In this document: positions 20,886-30,552 of the stretch, piece by piece
Position numbering within the stretch: position 1 is the stretch's first letter
Layout: each line of letters opens with the position of its first letter
Assembly: GCA_016839555.1 (NCBI GenBank)
Contig: JAEOUA010000006.1
Location: forward strand, 128,001 to 192,000
DNA length: 64,000 nucleotides
Direction: 5' to 3'
DNA from: Promethearchaeota archaeon
Lineage (GTDB): Archaea; Asgardarchaeota; Lokiarchaeia; Sigyniarchaeales; SOKP01
Notes under the pieces: generated by a model
Told to the model about the DNA's origin: nothing
What the model saw: the letters and a program-made list of their open reading frames with translations, nothing else
Databases searched by the model: none
Program-made: the position numbers and the translations under genes

Positions 20886-21692
20886 ATGAATCGAGAACAT
20901 TTATTAATATTAAAAGAAAATATATTATCTTTTTTAGAGAATGAAAATTTAGATTATTTCTGGGATGAGGAAAAGTATAATAAGATTTTAGAGGATTTTA
21001 ATCTGTTACAAAAAAATTTTATAAATTTATATACAGAAATACATAAAAAACGAAATAAAAAGTTAGAAGATCTTAGGGATAAACTAAAATCTAATATTAC
21101 TTGGAATTTTCTACGTGAATTAATTGAAAAAGATACTGAACTTAAAAAATATTTTAATAAAAAATATTCTATTGATAAAATATCCTCCCAATTAAAAAAT
21201 ATTTGCAGCAAAGAAGCGAATGAGTTAAATACTATTGATCTTAGGAATTATGGATTTTGTCAAGATTGTAAAAAGAGTATAGAAGAACTCAAAAACATTA
21301 TTAATTTCGATGAAGAAAAAATAAAGGAAGAATTTGAAAATAAAATAATAAAAATTATGGAATCTGAAAAAGATCAAGCAGTCTTTGGGAAAAAATTACT
21401 CGAAAAATACAACGATATAGAAGAGGTTACCAATAAAGTAAAAAAATTAAGTGATTTTTATGATAAGTTGAAAAAAGAAGAAAAAACGGATTTTCTTGAA
21501 ATATTAAAAAAATTATTGGGGGAAATGAAAATAAAAGTTATAAATATAGAAACAATAATAAATTCATTAAAAGATCGGAAAATTCAATTTCACAGTGTTG
21601 TAGAATTTTTAGATTCTTTTGAGGATGAATTTAATAAATATAAGAAAGAAAATTCAGACAAAAATATTGAATGGATTTTAAAAATAGAATAG
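20886..21692 (+). CDS. Probable C-terminal part of BrxC (split or frameshifted)
   Basis: Coiled coil and C...FCQDC motif; removing one A from the run at 20869-20873 fuses it in frame to brxC. Confidence 0.6.
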   Translation: MNREHLLILKENILSFLENENLDYFWDEEKYNKILEDFNLLQKNFINLYTEIHKKRNKKLEDLRDKLKSNITWNFLRELIEKDTELKKYFNKKYSIDKISSQLKNICSKEANELNTIDLRNYGFCQDCKKSIEELKNIINFDEEKIKEEFENKIIKIMESEKDQAVFGKKLLEKYNDIEEVTNKVKKLSDFYDKLKKEEKTDFLEILKKLLGEMKIKVINIETIINSLKDRKIQFHSVVEFLDSFEDEFNKYKKENSDKNIEWILKIE

Positions 21693-21699
21693 CAAAAAA

Positions 21700-24600
21700 A
21701 TGAATAATGAAGAAGAGTTTATTAGTTCAAGAATTATTAAGTCCTTAATTAATATTCGAAATAATAATATTTCGAATTATAAATCGTTTTATTTTTTAAT
21801 TGAAGATAAAAATGGATTTTTAGAAGAGATTGAGATTCCGAAAAAACTTAATTATTTTAATCGAGATTTTTCTATTTATAAGATAAATTATAAAAATAGA
21901 TTGGAAATAGATAAAAATAATTTATTTGAAGATATTATTAAAAATGGTTTTTGCATTATTTTATTTAAATATGGAAGAGAGAATCTAAAAAACAAATTTG
22001 AAGATTTAAATATTGATATATTAGATTTTTCAATTTTAAAATCGATTCTAGATCTATTAGATATAGAAGTGGATAAAAAATTAGAAAGTGAAATTAATAA
22101 ATATAGTCAAGATTTTGGTAAAAAAGAGTTTTTTAAGAATTATTATGAATCAATTCAATATTTTCTGAATAATTCACAAAAATTTGATATAATTGCAAAT
22201 AATAAGATAGACGATTTTTTTACTGCATTGATATTATTTTTTGGAAATAGATTTTTTTTTAGCAATTATTACAAAAAATTAATTGGAAAATTTAGATCCG
22301 ATTCAAATCGTAGAGTATTGTTCGAGACAGGAAAAGCTTATGAATTAATCGAACTAATTTTCAATTTGAAGGAAGATTATGATTCTCAACTTATTTCAAA
22401 TTGTTTTAAATTTATTAAAGAAACTAAAAATAAAGAATTCCAAGAAGTATTAAATATTGTTATACTTATTGTAAAAGATAAAAAAAATCATCAAAATTTT
22501 TTAAAACATATTTTTTTGATAAATTTATTTCAATTAAAATGTGGAAGAGGAACTTTTTCATTAAATCAGTCAGATTTAGATTTATTTAATAGAAAGTCAG
22601 ATTATACTTTGAATGAGATATTTGATACTATTAATCAATTTTGCACATTCAGTGATAATTATTTAGAATTATTATATAAACCAGAATTCAAAGATTTTTT
22701 AAAAAAAAAATACATAAAAGATTTTGAAAAAAGTTATGAAAAAAAAGACCCTAACTTTAAAAAAAAATTTCTTGATTCCATAACAAAAGAAAATCTATTT
22801 ATACCTCAAAATGAAATATTCCTTTTTGAAAAATCCTACAATAGATGGATTGATGTTTTATTTAATGTACTTTTTGATGATTTGATTAATGAAATTTATA
22901 AAAAAATTAAAATTAATGATTTCAATTTTGGAAATATTAGTAAAACTATAAAAGATTATCAACAAAATTTATCTTTGATGGAAAATTTCTATTATTATGA
23001 AAATCGCGATAAAACGATTATTAATAACTTACTTGATATAATGTTTTATTCGATATATATTTTTGAATCATTAAATAAAAATAAAAATAATACTCTAGAA
23101 TTTTGGATAAAAAGCAAAATTATAAACAATATTTTTAATATTGAACGTAAATATCGCGAAATTAGAAAAATCTTTGTTATGTTGGATAAAAAACATCCTT
23201 TTTATGATGTTTTAAATAGAAAATTTCATAAAAAAATACCAACATTAGATTTCATTGAATTTGTTATAAATTTTACACTAGATAAATTCTTCTCAGTAAT
23301 AAAAAAAAATTATTCTAGAGAATTATTAAATGAGCATAATAAAATAAATTTTACAAAGGATGTTTTCAGATCCTTAAATACGGATGATAAAAAGAAAAAT
23401 TTTATAGTAATTATAATTGATTGTTTGAGAATTGATTTTTGGGATTTAATTTGGAAAGATTTATTATATAAATTTAATCTAAAAAGTATTAAGAAAGAAA
23501 AAATATACTCCTTACTTCCATCGATTTCTAAAATAAGTAGAGAATCTATTTATTGTAATAACTTTGTTTCAAAAATTCTAACAGAAAATCAGATTATAGA
23601 GTGCTTAGAGCAATTTTTCAATGAAGATCAAATAAATATTATTAAATATTCAGGAGATAAAGAAATAATTGTTGGAGATTTGCAAGAAAAATTGAAAATA
23701 AATAAAAAATTAAATTTAGTTATTTCTACATTTCCAGATATTCGGATCCATAAAATTGAGAAAGTAAAAGAATTATATAATGAGAATAATTATAATCAAA
23801 TTAAAGATGAAATAAAAGATCATATTGAATCCATCTTTAGATCTATTTTTAATGAAATAAAAGAATTAGGTCCAAAAAAAGATGATTATGAAATATTTGT
23901 TACTTCCGACCATGGATTTATTGATTATTATAAAAAGTTAGATATTAATAATTTAAGATATCAAAATTTATCTGATGAAAATTTAAGAAAGAGATATATT
24001 AAAGTTAATGAAAAAATACATTTGAATAATGAAAAAATTAAAAATAATATTTATTATTTAGAAATCTTTAATGATAAGAAAGATAGTTATTATCTAACTC
24101 ATGGACGATATTATTTTTCAAAAGGCAAATCAAAATCCAAAACTATGCTAGGTCACGGAGGTATAAGTTTCTACGAAAATATCGTCCCATTTTACTCTTT
24201 TAAACCAATAAAAACAACCAGATCAAAATATAAACCAAACTTGATCTGGGATTCAAAAGATCTATATTTATCTTCTGAAAATCAATTATTATTTTCACTA
24301 ATAAATGAGGATCAAAATTATTCACTAAATATCAAATCTGTAAAAATATATAACAGTAATAATATATTAATTTTTAATAAAGAATTTTCAGAGGAAGAAG
24401 GTATATTACCATCTTTAGATACTTCTCAAAAATATAAATTTCATTATATGAGTAATAATGAAAGATTTGAATTAAAGTTTGAAATTCTTTATAGTTTTGT
24501 AAATTTTGAGGGTAATGAAACTGATACTGAACTTGAAGCGGGGTCCAAAAAATTTGATCAAATAATAGTAAAAAATCCAGAAGTTCAATTAGAACAAAAC

Positions 24601-24963
24601 TTAGATAATGATATAATAAAAGGAAAAACTTACAATTTTACAATTAGAATTAGAAATCCTAATCCATTCAAAATAAGTAATATAGATATATATTTAGAAG
24701 GATCTAATAATTCAAAGTTTAGAGTATATAAAAATGGAGAAGAAATTGAAAGAGTTAAATTCTCTATTTTAAATGCTAATGAAGAGAAATTTAAAAATAT
24801 CACAATAATTTTTTCTGAAAAATCAAAATTTAATTTTGAGCTAAAAGGAAATTTTAGCTTGCCAAATTTACAACGCAACAGATTTAAAGGAAGGAATTTA
24901 TTATCAATAGATGTTTTTGCTTCTGAAGATGACTTAAATCGTCAAAGAAGCTTCCACATATAA
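21700..24963 (+). CDS. pglZ: BREX PglZ phosphodiesterase with beta-rich C-terminal extension
   Basis: IIIDCLRID, LLPSISKISR, VTSDHGF, GHGGISFYENIVP motifs. Confidence 0.9.
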   Translation: MNNEEEFISSRIIKSLINIRNNNISNYKSFYFLIEDKNGFLEEIEIPKKLNYFNRDFSIYKINYKNRLEIDKNNLFEDIIKNGFCIILFKYGRENLKNKFEDLNIDILDFSILKSILDLLDIEVDKKLESEINKYSQDFGKKEFFKNYYESIQYFLNNSQKFDIIANNKIDDFFTALILFFGNRFFFSNYYKKLIGKFRSDSNRRVLFETGKAYELIELIFNLKEDYDSQLISNCFKFIKETKNKEFQEVLNIVILIVKDKKNHQNFLKHIFLINLFQLKCGRGTFSLNQSDLDLFNRKSDYTLNEIFDTINQFCTFSDNYLELLYKPEFKDFLKKKYIKDFEKSYEKKDPNFKKKFLDSITKENLFIPQNEIFLFEKSYNRWIDVLFNVLFDDLINEIYKKIKINDFNFGNISKTIKDYQQNLSLMENFYYYENRDKTIINNLLDIMFYSIYIFESLNKNKNNTLEFWIKSKIINNIFNIERKYREIRKIFVMLDKKHPFYDVLNRKFHKKIPTLDFIEFVINFTLDKFFSVIKKNYSRELLNEHNKINFTKDVFRSLNTDDKKKNFIVIIIDCLRIDFWDLIWKDLLYKFNLKSIKKEKIYSLLPSISKISRESIYCNNFVSKILTENQIIECLEQFFNEDQINIIKYSGDKEIIVGDLQEKLKINKKLNLVISTFPDIRIHKIEKVKELYNENNYNQIKDEIKDHIESIFRSIFNEIKELGPKKDDYEIFVTSDHGFIDYYKKLDINNLRYQNLSDENLRKRYIKVNEKIHLNNEKIKNNIYYLEIFNDKKDSYYLTHGRYYFSKGKSKSKTMLGHGGISFYENIVPFYSFKPIKTTRSKYKPNLIWDSKDLYLSSENQLLFSLINEDQNYSLNIKSVKIYNSNNILIFNKEFSEEEGILPSLDTSQKYKFHYMSNNERFELKFEILYSFVNFEGNETDTELEAGSKKFDQIIVKNPEVQLEQNLDNDIIKGKTYNFTIRIRNPNPFKISNIDIYLEGSNNSKFRVYKNGEEIERVKFSILNANEEKFKNITIIFSEKSKFNFELKGNFSLPNLQRNRFKGRNLLSIDVFASEDDLNRQRSFHI

Positions 24964-24978
24964 TTATTATTTTAAAAG

Positions 24979-26409
24979 ATGACTATGTCAGAATATGAAA
25001 ATAAATTAAAAAAAAATTATTCAAGTATAATAGTAAAAAAGAATTTAGCAAGTTCATTTCCCTCCGTACCTAGATTTGTTTCTGAATATTTAATAATGGG
25101 AATTATGAATGAGAATGGTAAAATAAGCTCGAAAGAACTAAAAAAAATATCAACATTTATAACAAAATATCGTCCTGATCCTAAAGATTATGAAGTATGG
25201 AAAAATGAGTTTTATAATTCTAATGAAAATAAATTATTAGATAATTATAGAGTGCAAATTGATTTATCTACTTCTCCTCCCACAAGAAAGTGTATTGTAC
25301 CTTTTCTAAGAAAAGAATCCCCAATTCAAATTAAAGATGAAATTGTTGATAACTATGAAAATATGCTACGAGAAGGAGTATGGGGGCTTGGAATAATTAA
25401 AAAAACCACTGAGAGAAAATCCTATTTTAAAACTGATTTAATATTAAATAATTTTGAACCCTTTGAATTAACACACTTTTCTTTTAATCAATATGTTCAA
25501 GGTTATGAGAAATTTTCTTTATCAGAATGGTTAAATCTCTTAATAAATACCATAGGACTTAATCCTGAATTCTATCCAGATTTTAATCAGAAATTATTAT
25601 TATTAAGCCGTTTGATACCTATTGTAGAACCAAATACAAATTTAATCGAATTAGGTCCTAAAGAAACAGGAAAATCGTATTTAATGGAAAATATATCACC
25701 TAATGTATATAATGTACAACCTTCAGATGTAACATTAGCAACTTTATTTTATAATATTCGGATCAAGCAAGTTGGTCTACTAGGAATTAAGGATGTTATT
25801 GTATTTGATGAGGTTATAGACGTTCCACTTAGATATGATTCTAAAGAGATTCCTGCTAAACTTAGAGGTTTTCTTTCAGATGGAAAATTTAAAAAAGGAA
25901 ATAAAGAAATTTATAGTAGATGTTCAATATTTTTAATGGGAAATATACTTTGCGACGAAAATTTAAAGCCATTAGATAATAAATATTTTTTATCTTTACC
26001 TGAGGATTGGCAAGATTCTGCAATGCTAGATAGATTTAGTGGATTTATTCATGGATGGGAACTTAAAAAATTAACAAATGCTGCATTTTCTAATAATTAT
26101 GGCTTTGCAGGAGACTATTTTCATAGGGTACTTTCAAAATTAAGAGAATTACCATTTAAAGTAAAAATTGAAAATAGAATTAAACTTAAGAATGGAAGCA
26201 AAGAAGCTTCACCTAGAAATAGAAGGGCAGTTTTTTCTATTACCAGTGGATTATTAAAATTAATAGCACCTAACGAAAAATATTCAATAGAAGAATTAAA
26301 AATAGCATTAGATTTTGCAATTAAGCTAAGAACACAAGTTTATCGTCAATTAAAATATATAGATGAAGAATATCGTAAAGATATTAATTTAAATTATAAA
26401 ATAGATTAA
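24979..26409 (+). CDS. brxL: BrxL-like MCM/AAA+ ATPase lacking the Lon protease domain
   Basis: VPRFVSEYL, EWLNLLINTIGLNP, RLIPIVEPNTNLIELGPKETGKS, VFDEV, DSAMLDRFSGFIHGWE, RNRRAV; only 476 aa. Confidence 0.9.
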   Translation: MTMSEYENKLKKNYSSIIVKKNLASSFPSVPRFVSEYLIMGIMNENGKISSKELKKISTFITKYRPDPKDYEVWKNEFYNSNENKLLDNYRVQIDLSTSPPTRKCIVPFLRKESPIQIKDEIVDNYENMLREGVWGLGIIKKTTERKSYFKTDLILNNFEPFELTHFSFNQYVQGYEKFSLSEWLNLLINTIGLNPEFYPDFNQKLLLLSRLIPIVEPNTNLIELGPKETGKSYLMENISPNVYNVQPSDVTLATLFYNIRIKQVGLLGIKDVIVFDEVIDVPLRYDSKEIPAKLRGFLSDGKFKKGNKEIYSRCSIFLMGNILCDENLKPLDNKYFLSLPEDWQDSAMLDRFSGFIHGWELKKLTNAAFSNNYGFAGDYFHRVLSKLRELPFKVKIENRIKLKNGSKEASPRNRRAVFSITSGLLKLIAPNEKYSIEELKIALDFAIKLRTQVYRQLKYIDEEYRKDINLNYKID

Positions 26410-26423
26410 ATTAGAATTTTTAT

Positions 26424-27008
26424 ATGTTAGATAGGCCTCTATTTGTAGTGGATATGACTTTATATGAATTTTTATATATTTTAAATTTAATAAATGAAGT
26501 TATAAATGAATTTCCAAAAGAAGAAAGACAAAATCAATTAAAGAAAAAAATTTTTGATATGTTCGGAAAGATTCCAATTGATAAAGATAAGAGACCCAGA
26601 AGATTAACTACATCTAAAGATAAGATGGCGGGAAATTTTATGATTACAATAAATCAATTAAAATTACTTGATGATATTAAAAAATTTGAAAATTTGTTTG
26701 ATTTATATAAAACAAATAACAAAAAATTTATTAAAAAATTAAAGGAAATATTATTAATAGAAGGGAATTGGATTGATTATATAAACGCGTTAAAATTAAT
26801 TAATAAAAGAGGAATTTTTGATAACAAAAAGGAGTTTATAGATTTAGTGGCAAAAGAATTACATATAAAATATCCTGATATATCAGCTAAAGCACATAAA
26901 AAACAATTTATGTATATTAAAAGATGGTTAGAAGATAATAAACTTAAATTAATAGGTGAGTTTTCTGAAGACGGAATAAAAATTTATGAAAAAAATTTAG
27001 AATACTAA
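26424..27008 (+). CDS. Hypothetical protein, last gene of the BREX-like operon
   Basis: 194-aa helical ORF 14 nt after brxL; no firm motif. Confidence 0.6.
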   Translation: MLDRPLFVVDMTLYEFLYILNLINEVINEFPKEERQNQLKKKIFDMFGKIPIDKDKRPRRLTTSKDKMAGNFMITINQLKLLDDIKKFENLFDLYKTNNKKFIKKLKEILLIEGNWIDYINALKLINKRGIFDNKKEFIDLVAKELHIKYPDISAKAHKKQFMYIKRWLEDNKLKLIGEFSEDGIKIYEKNLEY

Positions 27009-27030
27009 TTTTATAAATTTTTATTTAATC

Positions 27031-28269
27031 TTACAAGAATTTTTGTATTCTTATTTGGTTCATTTTTATCTCTGATTTAATTTTTCTGAATAAACTCCTA
27101 TATCTAGAATTTTGTAATCTTTTTTCTACAAATCCAATAATATTATTGTTAATCGTTGCCTTTCTTATATTTTTTAGTTCATTCTGATATAACCATAAGT
27201 TATGTATTACTCTCTTCATTCTTGACTCTTTAGTATATTTATCAAAGTCATTTCTTTTTTTAATCCAATCAGTATAATTCCATTTTCCATTTTCTCGATA
27301 TTTAGAACAAACAGGGCATTCGCATTCCATAAATATTTTCTTTTCATTTATGATTTCTTCAGATCCACTAATAGAACGATTCTCAATCAAATATGGTCTA
27401 CTATGAGATTTCTTTTTAAGAAAACGATCTGATATACCAGGTAATTGAATGACGCCTCTACTAGCTTTTAATATCCAACCAGTTGAATCTAAGCTGTCTA
27501 TACCACATAAATAAGCTAAATATGACATTGTACCACCGACCCCAAATGCATGGATAAAAGAATTAGGAAGTTTCTTCCTTAGGTACAAAAGAATTCGTAT
27601 AAAATTTTCTTTTCCTCCTGCATTATCGGAGTTTTTTACTGTTTTAAGCATTGGTACTAAGCTTCCAATTCCAACTGCTTTTATTGGTTCATTTAAAACA
27701 TTTCTAATTCTTTTAATTGCATAATCAATCATTTTAAAGTTGTGTCCATGAATTACGGGTAGTATAGAAAAATTATCATTTTTTTCATAATATCTCAATA
27801 ATTTCTCGAAATTTTCTATTGTTTTATTAATATTTATATATTTTTTATTCTCATTTCCTAATGTTCCTATAGGTACATCTAAAGTTACTCCAATATCACA
27901 AAAAAAAGCTTTTTGGATTTTATAGACCATTTTAGGATTAAATTTATGTATTTTCTCTCCTTTCATTTGTTGTTTCATAAGTTGAAATCCACCGCTATCC
28001 ATCTTATGAAATAAACCTTCTTTAACAAGTTTTTTAATTAATCTAGCTCGGATATTCTTTTGATCTCTATATATTAAGTCATATGCATTACTCATGAAAT
28101 TTTTAATTTTTGCTTGTTTAAATGCTTTAAATTGAAAATCCAAAGATTCTGCGATGCTTAAGCCAAACCATTTAATTGGAGTTTTAATTTGTTTACCATT
28201 TTTTAAAGTAATAACCCCTGTTCTGCTATAATGATCAGTATGAGTTATTTTATAATCAATTTGTTCAAT
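27031..28269 (-). CDS. tRNA-guanine transglycosylase (TGT)-family protein; candidate DNA-modifying (DpdA-analogous) paralog
   Basis: MDSGGFQ, TLDVP, PVIHG, IHAFGVG, GIDSLDS, Zn site CECPVC...HN; frame extends 42 codons upstream of 28143 and encodes the TGT N-terminal motif SRTGVI...IKTP; no PUA domain. Confidence 0.88.
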   Translation of the reverse strand: MEQIDYKITHTDHYSRTGVITLKNGKQIKTPIKWFGLSIAESLDFQFKAFKQAKIKNFMSNAYDLIYRDQKNIRARLIKKLVKEGLFHKMDSGGFQLMKQQMKGEKIHKFNPKMVYKIQKAFFCDIGVTLDVPIGTLGNENKKYININKTIENFEKLLRYYEKNDNFSILPVIHGHNFKMIDYAIKRIRNVLNEPIKAVGIGSLVPMLKTVKNSDNAGGKENFIRILLYLRKKLPNSFIHAFGVGGTMSYLAYLCGIDSLDSTGWILKASRGVIQLPGISDRFLKKKSHSRPYLIENRSISGSEEIINEKKIFMECECPVCSKYRENGKWNYTDWIKKRNDFDKYTKESRMKRVIHNLWLYQNELKNIRKATINNNIIGFVEKRLQNSRYRSLFRKIKSEIKMNQIRIQKFL

Positions 28270-28271
28270 TT

Positions 28272-28823
28272 TTAATCCCTTAATTTTAAAGTTAAGTTTG
28301 CAAATTTATTATTATATTGCTTTAATAAATCCATCGTAATAATATTTTTCTTATGTTCAAATATTAGTTTATATAAGTCTTTTTTTTGGTATTTTATTAA
28401 ATATTTCATTAAAGATTTGTATCCCCCTAATCCTCTTTTATCATAAAAATATACATACTTTTTATTAGTAATTGGTTCGATAATATTTCTATAATTTTTT
28501 CCCATTATTAATAAAATTTTATCATAATTATCAATCAATTTATTTAATTTTGGATTAATTTTTTCCCTCAATTTGATAATATCTTCTTTTTTTTCTATTT
28601 TTTTATTATATGATAGAATTTTTTCCTCAGGAGATAATAATCCATATTTTGCACTTATTATTCTAAAGTCAAAATCATTTAGATTTACAAATTTCTTAAC
28701 TTTTTTGAAAAAATCACCTTGGTAAAGATTAATCGCTTTCTCCTTTATTTTTTTTTTGACTTTCTCAGCTGAACAGCTTGTTATAACAAGAATTTTTTTA
28801 TTTTGAAATTTTTTTTGACTCAT
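28272..28823 (-). CDS. DUF6884-like (YaaA/DUF328-related) protein
   Basis: ITSCSAEK...AINLYQGDFF...IISAKYGLL...SYN signature. Confidence 0.75.
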   Translation of the reverse strand: MSQKKFQNKKILVITSCSAEKVKKKIKEKAINLYQGDFFKKVKKFVNLNDFDFRIISAKYGLLSPEEKILSYNKKIEKKEDIIKLREKINPKLNKLIDNYDKILLIMGKNYRNIIEPITNKKYVYFYDKRGLGGYKSLMKYLIKYQKKDLYKLIFEHKKNIITMDLLKQYNNKFANLTLKLRD

Positions 28824-28844
28824 ATTTCTTAAGATTAAATTTAT

Positions 28845-30179
28845 TTAATTATTCTCCTTCCTAAATATGAGACAATATTGATGACAGCGATTAGCTACCC
28901 AAGCATTATTTATTCCTAGCGGTAGTAGCGCTTTATCGTCTTGACACCATATTTTTTCATCCTTTAAAATCCATTTATCAGATAGTGAAATAGCAGTACT
29001 GTATACTAAAGGAAACACTTTTCCATTATAGAATACGTTATTAGTTATTATTACCAAATATCCTTTATTTTTAAGTATTTTATAAACTTGATTAAAAATT
29101 CTTTTTTGAATATTTATAAATTCATTATAATCATCAATATTTCCAATATCATTGGGATTTTTACTATATTGTGTATCTAATCCAAGAACTTTTCTTTCTT
29201 TTTGACGCATACTATTTCTTTTTAATTGATTCCAATATGGTGGACTAGTAATACAAAAATCTACTTTAGGAAGCTTGTTTTTTTTCCAAATTTTCTCAAT
29301 ATTATTTGAATCCTCATTGAAAATCTTTATTTCTGGATATTCCTCTTCAGTTTCAACCCACCTATCTAATGTTTTTTGTGCTAATCTCATTAAAGAGATC
29401 TCATAATATTTTTTAATTATTTCTATTCCAATACATTTTCTGAAGGTATTTTTTGCTGCTACTGCAGTACTTCCTGTGCCTAAAAAAGGATCGAAGACTA
29501 TCTGATATTTCTTTGTAAAAAATTTAATAAATTCCTCGATTAAAGACTCGGGAAATTTGGCGGGATGTAATATTTCCAAATTATTTCTTGAAGGAGGATT
29601 ATGAATAAACCATGATTTAGTGAATTTAATCCATTCTTTTCCTGTTAAATCATTAAGCTTATTATTTTCATTATATATCCCCAAAGGTAAACCATTTTTA
29701 GCCTTTTCTTTTAGGGAAAATGACACATCTTTTTTTTTAATTCTATCAATTTGTTCCTTAAATGAAATTTTATCAAGATCAACAAAATTGGAACCATATA
29801 ATACTTCATTTTGCGATTTAATCGAATTTTTCAGGAAAAGGATATATAATTTCTTATTAGTTTTGCCTTTATTGCCATATTTTTTTCTAAAATATCTAAT
29901 ATGATCATATTTTATTTGAAAATTTTTTAGATGCTCTTTATTAAGAATCATCATAAAGAATTTAGGTTCAAGAGTTTTTATCTCAACCACTAAGAATTCT
30001 TCTTTAATAACTTCTTCAATTTTATATTCAATTTTATTGTTATTAAGATATTCAAAAAAAGCTTTTAAAAATCTATTTTCAAATAATATTTCTCTGTAAA
30101 TTTTAACATCTGAATTATTTTTTGAAGATTTTATTTCAATGTCAGATTTAATCAACTTTTTTTGATTATTATTATTCAT
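28845..30179 (-). CDS. Amino-DNA methyltransferase (N4C/N6A, SPPY) with N-terminal extension
   Basis: HPAKFP, DPFLGTGST (motif I) followed by TSPPY (motif IV). Confidence 0.9.
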   Translation of the reverse strand: MNNNNQKKLIKSDIEIKSSKNNSDVKIYREILFENRFLKAFFEYLNNNKIEYKIEEVIKEEFLVVEIKTLEPKFFMMILNKEHLKNFQIKYDHIRYFRKKYGNKGKTNKKLYILFLKNSIKSQNEVLYGSNFVDLDKISFKEQIDRIKKKDVSFSLKEKAKNGLPLGIYNENNKLNDLTGKEWIKFTKSWFIHNPPSRNNLEILHPAKFPESLIEEFIKFFTKKYQIVFDPFLGTGSTAVAAKNTFRKCIGIEIIKKYYEISLMRLAQKTLDRWVETEEEYPEIKIFNEDSNNIEKIWKKNKLPKVDFCITSPPYWNQLKRNSMRQKERKVLGLDTQYSKNPNDIGNIDDYNEFINIQKRIFNQVYKILKNKGYLVIITNNVFYNGKVFPLVYSTAISLSDKWILKDEKIWCQDDKALLPLGINNAWVANRCHQYCLIFRKENN

Positions 30180-30552
30180 TTTGCCAATTTAATATATTTA
30201 TAATTATATCTATTTAAAAGAAAATTCTTTGATCTTTAAAAACATAGGATATGACTGGTTTAATAATTTATTTTGAGCGTTTACTTAAAAAATTTTATTT
30301 TTTTTTGATTTTAAAGATAAATTTCTTCGAGGGGTTTAAAATACTTAATCTAAATATTTTAATAAAATTAATAAGGGAGGATATGAAAGAAACATATATG
30401 GTTATAAAAGAGGATAAAATTTTACTTAAAATCAGAAAAAATTCTGACAAAAAATATATAGACTTAGGAGAAAGAGGGAGATTTTGTGTTCATAATAAAT
30501 TAAATGATTTGACAGGAAAAGAGTGGATTAAATTCACTAAATCATGGTTTAT
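29605..30552. repeat. 59-bp imperfect inverted repeat (29605-29663 / 30494-30552) inside the two methyltransferase genes
   Basis: Includes a 29-bp perfect match TGGATTAAATTCACTAAATCATGGTTTAT (30524-30552 vs reverse complement of 29605-29633). Confidence 0.85.

Noticed and set aside
15892-27008. Phosphorothioation (Ssp/Dnd or BREX type 4)
   Set aside because: No PAPS reductase (SGGKDS-type motif) or cysteine desulfurase was found in the window.
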